Of a DNA stretch of 41,200 nucleotides, positions 40,937-41,200 are shown in pieces. Location: the IMG/VR virus record IMGVR_UViG_3300045598_000011; one strand, given 5' to 3'. How positions within the stretch are numbered: the first letter of the stretch is position 1; each line of letters starts with the position of its first letter. A program made the translations under genes and the position numbers. Source of the stretch: a virus. A model generated the notes under the pieces. It saw nothing but the letters and a program-made list of their open reading frames with translations, searched no databases and was not told the DNA's origin.

Positions 40937-40966
40937 GGTCGTCTTATGACGGCCGTTTTTTTGTGC
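40937..40966 (+). terminator. Terminator CGGTCGTC-ttat-GACGGCCG plus TTTTTTT
   Basis: Read directly (one G-U pair). Confidence 0.8.
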
Positions 40967-41160
40967 AATGAAAGTGCAACGGGTTAAAAAACTATAGATC
41001 ACTCTAAAACAGCTTTTATCGTATTTTAAACATGTAACGGGTTTCTTAAAAACTATATATCAGTAAATGAAAGTTCTGTGATAAAAAGTGTAATAGCACC
41101 TAGAAACGTTGATATAACAGCATTCTTTCATTCTTGGTGCAATATTGGTGCAATGACAGC
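40963..41160. other. Candidate attP region with arm-type repeats downstream of int (continues as 1-86)
   Basis: GTGCAAT/GTGCAAC at 40963 and 40974. AACGGGTT..AAAAACTATA.ATCA at 40978-41001 and 41036-41062. TTGGTGCAAT twice at an 11-bp period (41134-41154, equal to 61-81). Confidence 0.5.
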
Positions 41161-41200
41161 TATAATTGGGCTAATTTCCGTTCGATTTCATCGTCCAGTT
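41074..41200. repeat. Terminal direct repeat, copy 2 (identical to 1-127)
   Basis: Read directly. Confidence 0.95.

Overview
The window is one complete temperate siphovirus-type phage genome from a Lactobacillaceae-like host. It is assembled as a circle: bases 1-127 are identical to 41074-41200, so the unit is 41,073 bp. The gene order is classical. A minus-strand lysogeny block (87-3944) holds a tyrosine integrase, a MazF/PemK-like gene, a Ser/Lys-repeat membrane protein, an ImmA/IrrE protease and a cI-like repressor. A divergent switch lies at 3957-4097. Plus-strand early genes follow: Cro-like, Bro/Ant antirepressor, Gp157, Rad52-like annealase, SSB, HNH-like, replisome organiser with internal iterons, DnaC-like loader, RusA, many small ORFs and ArpU. 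Next comes a ~750-bp ORF-poor, hairpin-dense stretch carrying a type II tRNA-Ser(GCU)-like gene. Packaging and morphogenesis genes run from 18034 to 36872: TerS, PBSX-type TerL, portal, MuF, scaffold, capsid, connectors, tail tube, G/GT chaperones with an A_AAA_AAC slip site, tape measure, Dit, Tal and baseplate/FN3 proteins. Lysis genes (XkdX, holin, GH25-SH3b endolysin) follow, and an accessory arm (38515-40966) ends at a repeat-rich attP-like region. The five leads I rate highest are these. (1) A promoter/ORF-poor RNA/terminator/DUF3800-like gene cassette bracketed by a perfect 19-bp direct repeat. (2) A possible large ornate ncRNA next to the tRNA. (3) A solitary MazF-like gene split by a ~150-aa insertion and flanked by a duplicated 40-bp hairpin module. 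(4) Two FN3 domains each cut by in-frame stops at gene boundaries. (5) A MuF protein with an extra C-terminal domain plus a small overlapping downstream gene. All protein family calls come from motif reading by eye and no searches were run.
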